Shown piece by piece: positions 1 to 10,316 of a stretch of DNA of 64,000 bases. The DNA comes from Phycisphaerae bacterium. GTDB lineage: Bacteria; Planctomycetota; Phycisphaerae; UBA1845; Fen-1342. Position 1 is the first letter of the stretch; each line of letters opens with the position of its first letter. The stretch lies in the NCBI GenBank assembly GCA_050115495.1, contig JASFQK010000017.1:67384-131383 (forward strand), written 5' to 3'. The translations under genes and the position numbers were made by a program. The notes beneath the pieces were generated by a model that was given only the letters and a program-made list of their open reading frames with translations, had not been told where the DNA came from and ran no database searches.

Positions 1-172
1 CGGTCAGCGCCACCGGTCGCGATCCTCTTCCGACCTTCTACTAACCCGCGCGATACTCAGCCGGGCACGGCTGACTCCCCGCACCGCGCCGGTACAGAAC
101 TGCTAAATCATCATATCAACCTTGTCGGACGGACACAAGACAAACGCACGCGGTGAGGGCAGTAGTTGGCTG

Positions 173-2608
173 CTACGGCGTCGTCAGCAACTGCACGAAC
201 GGGCTGATGTCGAAGTTGTCCACGCTGCCGTCGCCGTTGATGTCGGCGTTACTGATGTTGCATTGCGGGTACTGCGCCGCGTACGCCGTCGGATTCGTCA
301 GCGCCAGGATGAACGGGGCGATGTCGAAGTTGTCCACCGTCCCGTCGCAGTTGAGATCGCCAACCGTCGAATCCACGCACTCCAGTGCTTCGAGCCGAAT
401 GTCGTCGATGTTCCAGCCGCAGTACCGCCAGGACGTGTCCGTCGTGCCCATCGTCCAGCGCAGGTACAGCGTCGGCTGGTTGTCGGCGATGCCGGACAGG
501 TTGAACGACATCTCCTCCCAGGCCCCGCCGTCGATCGTCGCCCCGTTCTGCCAGAGCGTCGTCCACGCCGAGCCGTTGGTGCTGACGCGGAAGTAGGCGT
601 GGTCCCACTGCGGCTGCTCGACGCCCAGCCAGCGCCAGAAGCGCAGCGAGATGTTGGTCTTCCCGGTGCAGTCGATGGGCGTGCTGGTCAGGTGCCGCTC
701 GGGCAGGTTGTTCTCGTAGTCACCGTTGAGGTTGTAGCCGTAGACGCTCGTCCCGGTGTAGCCATTGGCCGGGTCGGGCGCACCGTGGTCCCCACCGCCG
801 CCGGTCGGGTGCCCGAAAGCCCACAGGCCCTGCGTCGTCCAGCCCGGATTGCTGTCGAGGAGTTGCTCGTAGAAGACGTTCAGCACGCCGACGCCGGCGG
901 TGTACACATCGGCCGGCGCGGTCACCGGGCGGTGAATCACGCCGCTCTGCGTGCCCTCGGCGCTGAAGTAGAACTCCGGCGTCGCCGCACAGCTCGGCGG
1001 CGGCAACGTGGCCCGGTAGAGCTCCCCGCCCAGCGACTCGAAGGCTACCTCGTGATACGCCCCACCGTCATAGCGATAGTACAGCGTGCCGCTGCCCGGC
1101 ACGTAGCTCTCCTCGCCGTCCATGATCTGTACGGTGATGTCCGTGGGCTCGCCCGGCGGCAGCAGGTCGGGCAAACCATCCGGGAAGCCGATCGTCATCG
1201 ACGGCGTCAGGTACACGTAGTAGACGTCTTCCTCGCCGTTGAACGTCGCCGCGTAGGCCAGGTGCGCCCCGCCGAGATCCGAGGTCATGTCGAAGTAGTC
1301 GCCCATCTTCTGCTGCTGCGGCCAGCCGACATGCGGGTTGAAAGTGGGTGTAACGGCCACGTTCGGCGACCAGGTCTGGCCGCCGTCCGCCGAGTACGCG
1401 TAGTACAACGCCGAGTCATAGCCGCCCGGGTCTTCCCGCGTATCCAACCAGGCCGCGTCGATGCGACCGTTCGGGGCGACGGACATCGTGCCGAACCACT
1501 GCCAGGCCCCGTTGTTCACCGGGTCGTCGTTGACGCGCACCGGGGCGCTCCACGTACTCCCGCCGTCTGTGCTGCGGGCGAACATGATGTCCAGCGGGTC
1601 GGACGACGAGCTCCGCGAGACCGAGCACAACAGGTATACGTTCCCGCGCGTGACGCCCAGCGTGCGGTCCACCGCGATCCACGTCTGGCCCAGCAGGCCG
1701 GAGGGGTTCGGGCCGGCGGACATCTCCATGCTGCCGTCGAGGCTGACCGTCCGCGAGAAGTCCCACTGCGTCCCCACGCTCGGGTACTGCATGGTCGACG
1801 ACTTGAGCACCGTGAAGCCGATGCCGCAGACGTACAGCTCGCCGTCGGGCCCGACCGCCAGCGTGCCCCAGTAGGGGTTGCCGGGCAGGTCCGTGCAGGC
1901 CCGAAACGTCCCAGCCCCGTCGTACGAGCGCGTGAAGTCACCGTTGCACGCGCTGTACGTCCGGTTCCAGCAGGCGTACAGGTTGCCGTCGCCGACGCCG
2001 CCGGTCGTGTCGATCACCTGCCACTGCTTGTCGCCGCCGTAGGCGTATGTGCCCGTATCCCAGGTCTCGCCGCCGTCGAACGACCTGTAGACGTGGCACC
2101 AGAAATCGGTCTGGTATTCGTTCGCCGTCAGGCTGTTGTAGTAGAACACGCCGTTGGAGTCGGCGTCGACCACCGGGTCCGAGCGGAACACGCCCGGCTC
2201 GATCACGCCGGGGAACGTCCACGTCTGGCCCCCGTCGTGCGAGTAGGCATAGCCGGCCTGCCGAAAGTCGCTGCTGATCGTGTCGAACTGCCGCCAGCCG
2301 ACGACCATGCGGCTCGGATTCGACGGATCCACGGCCAGCGACGGCTCGTTGGCCGCGTCGCCGATGATGTTGTTCCCCTGGGCGTTGACGTTGACCTGCA
2401 CGCTGACAAAGCCGCTGCGGCTGACGCGGGCCGGCGGGTTCGTGGGCCGCCCCTCGCGGTCGATGTGGATGTAGGCGTCACGCGGGTATTCCAGATGCCC
2501 CACGTCGGTCCTCTGCGCCTCGCCCAGCTTGTCCGGAGCCTGTCCCCAAACCGGGCACGCCACGGCGATCATCAACACTGCCAGCCAACTCTGGACGCGC
2601 AAGCTCAT
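173..2608 (-). CDS. Secreted BNR/Asp-box (sialidase-like beta-propeller) protein with C-terminal beta-sandwich and dockerin-like domain
   Basis: Signal peptide; repeated SxDGGxTW Asp-boxes (SHDGGQTW, SFDGGETW, STDGGSTW, SADGGQTW); C-terminal GDLNCDGTVDNFDI...ADINGDGSVDNFDI duplicated Ca-binding motif; AGGAGG RBS upstream. Confidence 0.85.
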   Translation of the reverse strand: MSLRVQSWLAVLMIAVACPVWGQAPDKLGEAQRTDVGHLEYPRDAYIHIDREGRPTNPPARVSRSGFVSVQVNVNAQGNNIIGDAANEPSLAVDPSNPSRMVVGWRQFDTISSDFRQAGYAYSHDGGQTWTFPGVIEPGVFRSDPVVDADSNGVFYYNSLTANEYQTDFWCHVYRSFDGGETWDTGTYAYGGDKQWQVIDTTGGVGDGNLYACWNRTYSACNGDFTRSYDGAGTFRACTDLPGNPYWGTLAVGPDGELYVCGIGFTVLKSSTMQYPSVGTQWDFSRTVSLDGSMEMSAGPNPSGLLGQTWIAVDRTLGVTRGNVYLLCSVSRSSSSDPLDIMFARSTDGGSTWSAPVRVNDDPVNNGAWQWFGTMSVAPNGRIDAAWLDTREDPGGYDSALYYAYSADGGQTWSPNVAVTPTFNPHVGWPQQQKMGDYFDMTSDLGGAHLAYAATFNGEEDVYYVYLTPSMTIGFPDGLPDLLPPGEPTDITVQIMDGEESYVPGSGTLYYRYDGGAYHEVAFESLGGELYRATLPPPSCAATPEFYFSAEGTQSGVIHRPVTAPADVYTAGVGVLNVFYEQLLDSNPGWTTQGLWAFGHPTGGGGDHGAPDPANGYTGTSVYGYNLNGDYENNLPERHLTSTPIDCTGKTNISLRFWRWLGVEQPQWDHAYFRVSTNGSAWTTLWQNGATIDGGAWEEMSFNLSGIADNQPTLYLRWTMGTTDTSWRYCGWNIDDIRLEALECVDSTVGDLNCDGTVDNFDIAPFILALTNPTAYAAQYPQCNISNADINGDGSVDNFDISPFVQLLTTP

Positions 2609-2815
2609 CTGTGACCTCCTTCGCGGCGTAGCTCGCCTTTGCCGGGCTCAAGAAATGCGCGGGCACATCAGCCAACATCGGCTCAGTCGGCCTTGTCCCG
2701 GATCGTGATCTCTGCACGGAGCGCCGGCTCCCCCCGCCGCTCACAGCCCCCAGCGCACACCTGCGCCGGTCACTCTGTCTGTGAGACTAGCAAAACGCCA
2801 CCCCCGAAACAACCA

Positions 2816-3355
2816 CTATTCCCCGCCGTCCTCCGCCGGCGCCGAGGCGGTTTGCGGCAGGGGCTGTCCGTGATCGAAGCTCGCCTGCCACTTGATGCGT
2901 CCGTCCCCCGTCCAGACCGTCCACGTGCCGTGTGGCAACCCGTCGGCGTACCGCTCCTCCTTACGGAGCCGCCCCTCCGGATCCCACGTGAAGCAGGAGC
3001 CCTGCTTGAGCCCGTGCGTGTAGCGCTCCTCGATCCAGACCCGGCCGTTGTCGTGCCAGCGTTTCGTGATCCCCTCCTTCTTCCCGCGCACAAACTGCCC
3101 CTCGAACTCCTTCTGGCCGTTGGCATACCAGCGCGTAAACAGCCCGTGGTCCAGCTCCTGGCCGTCGTCCAGCCGTAACACGCCCCGCCGCAGGCGCAGC
3201 GTCCCGTCCGGCCAGCGCTCTTCGATGACCTCGGTCGGCGGCTCGGCCATCTCCGGGCGTGCCTCGACGCCGGCGCCCCGCTCCGGCGACTGACACCCGC
3301 CGCACAGAATCAGCCATCCCACGAGCAACGCCGCCAGACTCGCGCATCTGAGCAT
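2816..3355 (-). CDS. MORN-variant repeat (YwqK-like) lipoprotein
   Basis: Repeats such as HGLFTRWYANGQKEFEGQFVRGKKEG; lipobox-like LCGGC; start moved to the ATG at 3355, which follows a GGAG RBS. Confidence 0.8.
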   Translation of the reverse strand: MLRCASLAALLVGWLILCGGCQSPERGAGVEARPEMAEPPTEVIEERWPDGTLRLRRGVLRLDDGQELDHGLFTRWYANGQKEFEGQFVRGKKEGITKRWHDNGRVWIEERYTHGLKQGSCFTWDPEGRLRKEERYADGLPHGTWTVWTGDGRIKWQASFDHGQPLPQTASAPAEDGGE

Positions 3356-3405
3356 GTCCTGACTCCTTCCCGCGAAGGGTGCCACCGCCGGGTGCCACGC
3401 CACAG

Positions 3406-3517
3406 TGTGCCACTGCTCTTGAGCAGTGTCTGCCGAAGCGCGGCGTATTCAACGGCCGACGTCGGCCACGGGGGGCCGACGCTACAAGACGGCCGGCACG
3501 GAGACCGGCCGCTACGG
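3406..3517. repeat. Cluster of REP-like palindromes (family B variant, A1, A2)
   Basis: gacgtcggccacggggggccgacgctac (3458-3485) and gacggccggcacggagaccggccgctacgg (3488-3517) recur inverted at 34431-34546 and 63744-63924. Confidence 0.8.
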
Positions 3518-3524
3518 AGCGGCG

Positions 3525-5582
3525 CTACGCCTTCAGCCACTTATCCAGCCAGGCCAGCACTTCCTCGTGCCATTGGATGCTGTTCGCCGGCTTCAGCACC
3601 CAGTGATTCTCGTTCGGGAAGTACAGCAGGCGGCTCGGCACGCCACGCCGTTGCAGCGCCGTGAACGTCGAGATGCCCTGCGTGTCGACGACCCGGTAGT
3701 CAAGCTGCCCGTGAATCACCAGCGTCGGCGTACGCCAGTTCTGCACGTGATCGATCGGGTTGTGCCGGGTATACGCCTCGGGCACCTCCCACGGCGGACC
3801 ACCGCGCTCCCACTCCGGGAACCACAGCTCCTCTGTATCGTAATACGCCATCCGCTCGTCAATGTTGCCATCGTGACAGACGAAACACTTGAACGGTTCC
3901 GCCCAGTTCCCGGCGATCCAGTTGATCATGTACCCGCCGTACGACGCCCCCAGGGCCCCCACCCGCGTGCCGTCCATCCACGGATAGCGGGCCAGCGCCG
4001 CCGCCAGGCCTTTTCGCAAATCCTCCACGGGCCGGTCGCCCCAGTGGTTGTTGATGGCGTCGGTGAAGGCCTGCCCGTAGCCGGTCGAGCCGTGGAAGTC
4101 CACCATGATCGCCGCATAGCCCGCACCGGCGTACGCCTGCGGATTCCAGCGATAGTGGAAGTCGGCGCCGAACGAGCCCTGCGGCCCACCGTGAATCAGG
4201 AACGCCACCGGGTACTTCTTCGCCGGATCGAAGTCCACCGGCTTCACCACGTACGCGTACACCTTCTCTTCGTTCCAGCCGGCGAAGGTGAACTGCTCCG
4301 CGTCGCCCATGCGAGCCGCGGCCACCTTGGTGGCATTGATCCGCGTCAGGGCCTGCCGACCCTTGCCATCGGGTCCGACCGCGTGCAGCTCGACCGGGTG
4401 TTGCAGATCCCGCAGACCAAACACCACGCGCCCGCCGGCCACGACGATCTCACTGACCCGCCCCTCGCCCACCACCGTGCGCACGTCGCCACTGGCCACG
4501 TCTACCGCAAACAGCGGGTGCTGTCCCAGGTGATCGGCACTCGTGTAGATCGTCTTCCCGTCCGCCGACCACGTGATGCTGCCCGCCGAGCGGTCCCACT
4601 TCTCGGTCAGCACGCGCGGCTGACCCTCCGGCCACGGCCGCAGCGCGATCCGCAGCCGATCCGCCTCGTATCCCGGCCGGGCCATAGCCAGCCACGCCAG
4701 CGTCCGCCCGTCCGGCGAGAACACCGGGTTTGTGACCGTCGCCCCCTTGCCGTCCACCAGCACGCGCGGCGGCGTCGATCCGTCAATCGGCGCGGCGAAC
4801 AGGTCGAAATGCGTCGACCATGCCTCGGATGCCCCCACATTGCGAGCCGCGAAGACGAGCGTCTTGCCGTCGGGCGAGAAGGTGTATTCCTCAGCGCCGC
4901 CGAACGGCTTGCTCGGCGTGTCGGCTTCCATACCGGCCATCACGTTCACCGGCTCGCCCGCACCGTCAAGCGGCACGACAAACACGTGCGATCGCCGCCC
5001 GTCTTTCCACGTATCCCAGTGCCGAATGAATAGCTGATCGAACGTCCGCCCCGTGCATTTGCGCTTCTCGATCTCGTCGAGGCGGCTCTTGGTGTCGGCC
5101 GGCGTCTTGGCGTCGGGGAACACCTCGAGGCTCACGGCCAGGTGCTTGCCCGTCGGCGACACCGCGAACGAACCGACGTCCAGCGGCAGGTCCGTAACCG
5201 CCGTCGCCTCACCACCATCCGCCGCGATCCGCCACACCTGCGTCGTGTCGCCGCGAGCGGAGAGAAAGTAGACGCTCTTACCGTCGGGCGACCAGCGGGC
5301 GTGGCTGCTGCCCGCGGAGTGCGTCGTCAGCCGCCGCAGACCGGCGCCATCGGCGTGGACGAGCCAGACGTCCTGCACGCCCTTGTTCTCTTCGAGGTTG
5401 GTGACGCGCAAGCTGAAGGCGATGCGCGAGCCGTCCGGCGAAGCCTGTGGATCGGTGAGGCGCTCCATAGCCAACATGTCATGCACGGAGAACGGATGCG
5501 TCCCCGCCCCCATCTCGTCCGCGAAACGACTCATGAGCAGAACCGTCCCGAATAGGAAGACGGCTGCCGTCAACATCAACAT
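3525..5582 (-). CDS. S9 family peptidase (dipeptidyl-peptidase 5 / acylaminoacyl-peptidase-like)
   Basis: PD40/WD40-like propeller repeats (WSPDGK, FSPDG); HGGPQ; nucleophile GASYGG; DYRV; ENHW. Confidence 0.93.
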   Translation of the reverse strand: MLMLTAAVFLFGTVLLMSRFADEMGAGTHPFSVHDMLAMERLTDPQASPDGSRIAFSLRVTNLEENKGVQDVWLVHADGAGLRRLTTHSAGSSHARWSPDGKSVYFLSARGDTTQVWRIAADGGEATAVTDLPLDVGSFAVSPTGKHLAVSLEVFPDAKTPADTKSRLDEIEKRKCTGRTFDQLFIRHWDTWKDGRRSHVFVVPLDGAGEPVNVMAGMEADTPSKPFGGAEEYTFSPDGKTLVFAARNVGASEAWSTHFDLFAAPIDGSTPPRVLVDGKGATVTNPVFSPDGRTLAWLAMARPGYEADRLRIALRPWPEGQPRVLTEKWDRSAGSITWSADGKTIYTSADHLGQHPLFAVDVASGDVRTVVGEGRVSEIVVAGGRVVFGLRDLQHPVELHAVGPDGKGRQALTRINATKVAAARMGDAEQFTFAGWNEEKVYAYVVKPVDFDPAKKYPVAFLIHGGPQGSFGADFHYRWNPQAYAGAGYAAIMVDFHGSTGYGQAFTDAINNHWGDRPVEDLRKGLAAALARYPWMDGTRVGALGASYGGYMINWIAGNWAEPFKCFVCHDGNIDERMAYYDTEELWFPEWERGGPPWEVPEAYTRHNPIDHVQNWRTPTLVIHGQLDYRVVDTQGISTFTALQRRGVPSRLLYFPNENHWVLKPANSIQWHEEVLAWLDKWLKA

Positions 5583-5688
5583 GGGTGTGCTCCTGTGGAT
5601 GAGCTCCGGGTTGACGATGCCCCACGGCTCGTGCGCCGGCCCGATTCCTGTACATACAATACCGCTGGCGCTTCCGTTTGGCGAACGG

Positions 5689-6147
5689 TCAGTTCGTCTG
5701 GCCCGGAATCAGGAAGCTCAGATGATGCGCCCCGTGCAGCAAGTGCAGCGCGCGGGCCTCGTCGCGTGTGAGGCGGTCGAAGATCGGCGACGGGTGCAGT
5801 TCGCCCTGGTGCTGCTCCAAGCGTGTGATGAGCTCCTGCGCCTCGGCGATGCAAGCGGTCTCGTCCACCGCGTCCGGCGGCACCGACGCCGGAATGGTCC
5901 GCCCGCCGGTCTTCATGTGCCCGCCCGCCAACACCTTGCGCAACAGCGACCGGCCGAAGAGCTTGCGCACCAGCCACGGCAACAGGAACGGATAGCCCTC
6001 CAGCGAGCCGCGCATGTAATACGACAAATGCTTACAAATCTGCCCCAGGTTCCACTGCCCGGCCCGCTCATAGCCGCCCCGTTCGAGCCGGGCGATCTCG
6101 CCCCGCATGTCCGCGTACGTCGCAAAGGTAAGCGTCCGTCGTTCCAT
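5689..6147 (-). CDS. DUF1569 / DinB-like protein
   Basis: GQWNLGQICKHL ... HPSPIFDRLT ... HLLHGAHHLSFL pattern. Confidence 0.75.
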   Translation of the reverse strand: MERRTLTFATYADMRGEIARLERGGYERAGQWNLGQICKHLSYYMRGSLEGYPFLLPWLVRKLFGRSLLRKVLAGGHMKTGGRTIPASVPPDAVDETACIAEAQELITRLEQHQGELHPSPIFDRLTRDEARALHLLHGAHHLSFLIPGQTN

Positions 6148-6339
6148 GGCTCTCTCGCTCCGCTGTACGACCCGTCTCCCCGGGGGACATCATAGCCGCC
6201 GCCCGCCCGTCGGTAGAACCCCGCGCCGGCTGGCGGAGCTTGGCCCGCCACCCGCTTCGAGCTATCCTGCTGGGCGGCACGACCCGCGCCGGTAGCGGAG
6301 AGTGCCGCCATCTGCATCGTGTGCAGTCGGGACCGACCC

Positions 6340-7248
6340 ATGAGTGCCAGTGAAGCCGACGCCTTTCTCATCGAGGCCGTCCAGCGCGGTGACCAGGCCG
6401 CCTGGCGCGAGGTCATCGACCGCTACCAGGGCCGGTTGCTCAGCTTCGCCCGCCGCATGCTCGCCCAGCGCGGCGACGCCGAGGACCTCGTGCAGGAAAC
6501 GTTCTTCGGCCTGCTGCGCAGCCTGCCCAACTACGATTCCGACCGCTCGCTCGAAACGTACCTGTTCGCCATCCTGCGGAACAAGCTCCACGACCACTTC
6601 CGCAAACAGGATCGCGGCCAGCGCCAGAGCCTCGACCAGCTCGAGCTCGGCGACGCCCCCGACGCCTGGGTCGACGCCGAGACACCCAGCCGCTACGTCG
6701 CCGGCCAGGAAGACCTCGCCGCCCAGCGCAGCGCCCTGTGCGACGGTCTGCGGCGATGGGTCGACAAGTGCTGCACGCAACGCCGCTTCCAGGAACTTAT
6801 CGTCGTCGAGATGCTCGTGGTCCTCGGCCTGCGCAACAAGGAGGTCGCCGCCGACCTCGGCCTGACCGAGACCGCCGTCGCCGGCATCAAGTTCCGCGTG
6901 CTCGACGAATGGCGGCGGCAAACACAATCCGCCCCGACCGCTCACGAATGGCAGGAAGGCGACCTCGCCGGCGACAGCAGCGTCGCCCGCATCTGGCGGG
7001 AAGAGGGCATCTCCTGCCTGAAGCGCACGACCCTCGGCCGCTTCCTGCTCGGCGCCCTCGACGACGACTGGGCCTTCTACATCGACTTTCACGTCAACCA
7101 GGCCGCGTGCAGCCGTTGCCGGGCCAATCTCGACGACCTCCGCGAAGAAGACGCCCGCGACGCCAGCGAGCACGAACGGCTCCGCGAACGCTGCTTCGCC
7201 TCCTCGGTCGGCTTCCTCTCCAACCGCCCCACCTCGCCCCCAGCCTGA
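6340..7248 (+). CDS. ECF RNA polymerase sigma factor with C-terminal Cys/His extension
   Basis: Sigma2 region DAEDLVQETF...YLFAILRNK; HTH LRNKEVAADLGLTETAV; C-terminal SCLKR...HVNQAACSRC. Confidence 0.85.
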   Translation: MSASEADAFLIEAVQRGDQAAWREVIDRYQGRLLSFARRMLAQRGDAEDLVQETFFGLLRSLPNYDSDRSLETYLFAILRNKLHDHFRKQDRGQRQSLDQLELGDAPDAWVDAETPSRYVAGQEDLAAQRSALCDGLRRWVDKCCTQRRFQELIVVEMLVVLGLRNKEVAADLGLTETAVAGIKFRVLDEWRRQTQSAPTAHEWQEGDLAGDSSVARIWREEGISCLKRTTLGRFLLGALDDDWAFYIDFHVNQAACSRCRANLDDLREEDARDASEHERLRERCFASSVGFLSNRPTSPPA

Positions 7249-7253
7249 GCCCC

Positions 7254-7341
7254 CGTTGAAACAGGGGACAGGCTCCGAGCCGAGGAGGTCACGTGGCCGC
7301 GTAAACGGCCTGCGGCGGGGTGCCTGCCCCCTGCTTCAACG
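7254..7341. mobile_element. MITE-like inverted-repeat element (family C, copy 1)
   Basis: Ends cgttgaaacaggggacaggc / gcctgccccctgcttcaacg are 18/20 inverted; shares ggctccgagccga and ggtgcctg with 62321-62418. Confidence 0.65.
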
Positions 7342-7364
7342 AGGAACTGCCAGGCTCCGCCCGA

Positions 7365-8273
7365 TCACTTCCGCGTCATTCCGTCATACACGATGCCGAC
7401 CCACTGGTCCGGCGGAAAGCCGCCCTGACCCCACTTCTCGTCCAGCTCCGCCGTCGGCTTGGCGGCGATCACCTCGTCCCGCGACTTGCCCTGCTCGACC
7501 AGCGGCTTGATGCGGTCGCGGGCCGTGGCCAGCATGTCGCGATACGCCCGCAGCTCCGTCACGTTCGACATCGCCCCGTGCCCGGGAATGATCTTCGTCT
7601 CCGCGTCGGCCATCACCAGGGCCTTGTCCACCGCCTGGATCATCCCATCCAGCGTCCCACCCGCATTCACATCGATGAACGGGTACATGCCGTTGAAGTA
7701 CACGTCGGCCACATGCAGCACGTTTGCCTTGCGGAAGTAGACGAAACTGTCGCCGTCGGTGTGCGCCGGCGGATCCACGTGCGACACTTCCACGTCCTCG
7801 CCGTTCCAGTGCAGCGTGAGCTGATCGTTGAACGTTAACACCGGCAGCGCTCCCGGCGGCGACGGCGGCACGGTCCGCCCGAGCGCACCGAGCACCTGCT
7901 CGCTGCTCATCTTCTTCCGCACGTTCTCGTGGGCAATGAGCAGCGCCCCGGCCTTGGCCAGGTTCTCGTTGCCGCCCACGTGGTCGAAATGCCAGTGCGT
8001 GTTGATCACCAGCCGTAGCGGCTGGTCGGTCAACTCCTTCACCGCCGCCAGCACGAGGTCGCTGATCTGCCCGTACTCGGCATCGACCATCAGCGCCCCA
8101 TCGTCGCCAACCAGCAGTGCCAGGTTCCCGCCGGCGCCGGCCAGCATGTACACATGTTCGCCCGCGGGGAACGTCCGGATGGTGATCGCCGGCCGCGACT
8201 GGGCCAGCACACCGACCGCCAGGACCCCGAACGCCACAAGAACAACGACAACGCGAGTTCGCCTTGCCAGCAT
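7365..8273 (-). CDS. MBL-fold metallo-hydrolase (cyclase-like), secreted
   Basis: THWHFDHVGGN, AHTDGD, IIPGHG motifs; signal peptide; GGGAGG RBS before ATG at 8273. Confidence 0.9.
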   Translation of the reverse strand: MLARRTRVVVVLVAFGVLAVGVLAQSRPAITIRTFPAGEHVYMLAGAGGNLALLVGDDGALMVDAEYGQISDLVLAAVKELTDQPLRLVINTHWHFDHVGGNENLAKAGALLIAHENVRKKMSSEQVLGALGRTVPPSPPGALPVLTFNDQLTLHWNGEDVEVSHVDPPAHTDGDSFVYFRKANVLHVADVYFNGMYPFIDVNAGGTLDGMIQAVDKALVMADAETKIIPGHGAMSNVTELRAYRDMLATARDRIKPLVEQGKSRDEVIAAKPTAELDEKWGQGGFPPDQWVGIVYDGMTRK

Positions 8274-8329
8274 GGGACTGCCTCCCTGTTCGCGCCGCGG
8301 GCTGCGCGACGCCGCCATTCAACTGCCCT

Positions 8330-9409
8330 CTACTCGGCCGGAACGACGAGCTTCACCTCGAGCGGCTTCTCCCGGCCGACCCACATGTTCATGACCCGGT
8401 ACGACAGGCCGGCGGAGAGCGTCTCGGCGGGCACGTCGAAACGCAACAACGTGGTCGCGCCCGCCGGCAGCTTGATCTCCCGCGGTCCCTGCTCACCAAT
8501 CCGCTGGAGTTCGAGATCCAATTCACAGAAGTTGTCGATTCTCACCCAGATGTGTTTGTCCGTCCGATAATGCGGAGCGCGCACCCGCACACACGCCGGG
8601 AAGAGCTGCTCCATCTCCGCCGACCGCCCGATCAGCCGGTTCTCGCACCACACCGCCGTCCGGCCGGCGAAGAGCGCGTCACGCACGGCCTCGACCGTCC
8701 GTTCCTTCGCGAAGACGAGCGTCATCGTGCGATGCACGGCGGGCGTTCGTGGCTTGTCCGAGGCCGGGCTGTGGATGTCGGAATCGCCCAGCAATGTCAG
8801 CCCGTGCTCGACCGCCAGATCGTGGGCATAACCCCAATAGTCGTCGCCGTTGCAGATCTCGATGCCGTGCAGTTGCTTCTTCTCGAACGGCTTCTGCTGC
8901 CACTCGTCCCACTGGCCGCGATCCTCGCCCTGCCAGCCGGGATGGTTCCAGAACACGAACGCCCCCTGCTTCTGCGCCTCGTCGAAGACGGCGTAGTAGT
9001 CCTCCAGGTCCAAAGCGTCGACATCGCTGAGGAAGATCGCGTTGTGGTGCCCGGGCGGCGTGTCACGGGTGATTTCGGCGCCGCGGATCAGGAGGAGGCC
9101 CCGCTCCGCCGCCCGTCGCTCGGCGATCTCGTGCGGCCGGTTGAGCGACGTTGGCACGTCCCGCTTGAACGGCCGGTACTCGATATGGTCGGTGAGGGCG
9201 ATGACGTCGAGCCCCTCGCGCCACGCCTCGTCCACCCGCACCGTCGGCCAGACGTAGCCGTCAGAGAAAACCGTGTGCATGTGCAAGTCGCACTTGAGTG
9301 TGAGCAGGTCGGGCAGATTGGGGAAGCGGACCTCCTGCCGCGGCTCCGCCGCCATCGCCGCCGCACACAGCATCACCGCCGCAATCACGCCTGAGATGGT
9401 CCGTCGCAT
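8330..9409 (-). CDS. PHP-domain phosphodiesterase-like protein
   Basis: CDLHMHTVFSDG, LTDH, WNHPGW, GDSDIH; signal peptide. Confidence 0.88.
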   Translation of the reverse strand: MRRTISGVIAAVMLCAAAMAAEPRQEVRFPNLPDLLTLKCDLHMHTVFSDGYVWPTVRVDEAWREGLDVIALTDHIEYRPFKRDVPTSLNRPHEIAERRAAERGLLLIRGAEITRDTPPGHHNAIFLSDVDALDLEDYYAVFDEAQKQGAFVFWNHPGWQGEDRGQWDEWQQKPFEKKQLHGIEICNGDDYWGYAHDLAVEHGLTLLGDSDIHSPASDKPRTPAVHRTMTLVFAKERTVEAVRDALFAGRTAVWCENRLIGRSAEMEQLFPACVRVRAPHYRTDKHIWVRIDNFCELDLELQRIGEQGPREIKLPAGATTLLRFDVPAETLSAGLSYRVMNMWVGREKPLEVKLVVPAE

Positions 9410-9512
9410 CTCCGCTCCTCGATAAGCTGTTGGGGAAGGAAGTCTCGCACAACCGCCCGCGCACCGTACCGCGTCGAACCGGCGGCGACAACGTCCCCCA
9501 TGCCCCCTGCCC

Positions 9513-10292
9513 TCAGCGCCCCGTCCCCACCAGCAGCAGCCCGCCCAGCACCACCAGCAGCACCGCCACCCCCCGGGCGAACTGCCGTTCCGACACCGAC
9601 CGGTGGATCGCCATCCCCGCCACGATCCCCGTCAGCGAGCCCGGCAGCAGCCAGGCGGCGGCGAGGAGGATGTCCGCCGTGAGTATCCCCTTCTGCACGT
9701 AGACACCCCCCCGAACCACGCTCATCGTCATGAAGAACCACAGTATCGTCGCCCGGAACGCACCCTTGTCCAGCCGGCAGGACCGCAGGTACACGATCAC
9801 CGGCGGCCCACCCGTGCCGTACATGCCTCCCAGCACACCGGAGATGAACCCCACCGGCCCCGCCAGCCACCAGTTCCGCCGAATTGTCCCCGGCGTGGCG
9901 TCGGCGTTCAGCGCCGCCCCGTTCCGCTCACAGAAGAACCACACGCCCGCCGCCAGCACGACCAGCCCCAGCACACGTTTGAGCGCCGCGGCGTTGCCGG
10001 CGACGAGAACTTGCGTTCCGAGCACGAGCCCCAAGACCATCCCGGGCAGAAGCGTCAGCAACAACCGCGGCCGAGCCTGCCGCCACGCATGAGCCAGCAC
10101 CCAGACTTCGGTCACCAGCGTCAGGATGACCAACACGCTGACGACGCCGGCCAGGTCCGGCAGCAGCATCGCCATAAGCGAGACGGCAAACATCCCCGCC
10201 CCGAATCCGACGGTGGCATAGATGAGCTGCGCGCCGGCCATGATCAGCACGCAGGCGACAAGCGACGGAATATCCGGAAACAGCGCCGGCAT
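9513..10292 (-). CDS. TauE/SafE family sulfite-exporter-like membrane protein
   Basis: About 8 hydrophobic segments; GFGAG and GGMYGTGGPP motifs. Confidence 0.85.
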   Translation of the reverse strand: MPALFPDIPSLVACVLIMAGAQLIYATVGFGAGMFAVSLMAMLLPDLAGVVSVLVILTLVTEVWVLAHAWRQARPRLLLTLLPGMVLGLVLGTQVLVAGNAAALKRVLGLVVLAAGVWFFCERNGAALNADATPGTIRRNWWLAGPVGFISGVLGGMYGTGGPPVIVYLRSCRLDKGAFRATILWFFMTMSVVRGGVYVQKGILTADILLAAAWLLPGSLTGIVAGMAIHRSVSERQFARGVAVLLVVLGGLLLVGTGR

Positions 10293-10316
10293 TTCCCCCG
10301 CAACCTACCGCCCCCC

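Noticed and set aside
122..2614. Long antisense ORFs (also 3426-5033, 11426-14374, 24995-27037, 32551-34611, 49706-51076, 55391-56719)
   Set aside because: Shadow frames of well-supported genes in high-GC DNA; Arg/Val-rich with no motifs.
2816..3355. Toxin-antitoxin system based on YwqK-like similarity
   Set aside because: MORN-variant repeats are generic, the protein has a lipoprotein signal, and no toxin gene is adjacent.
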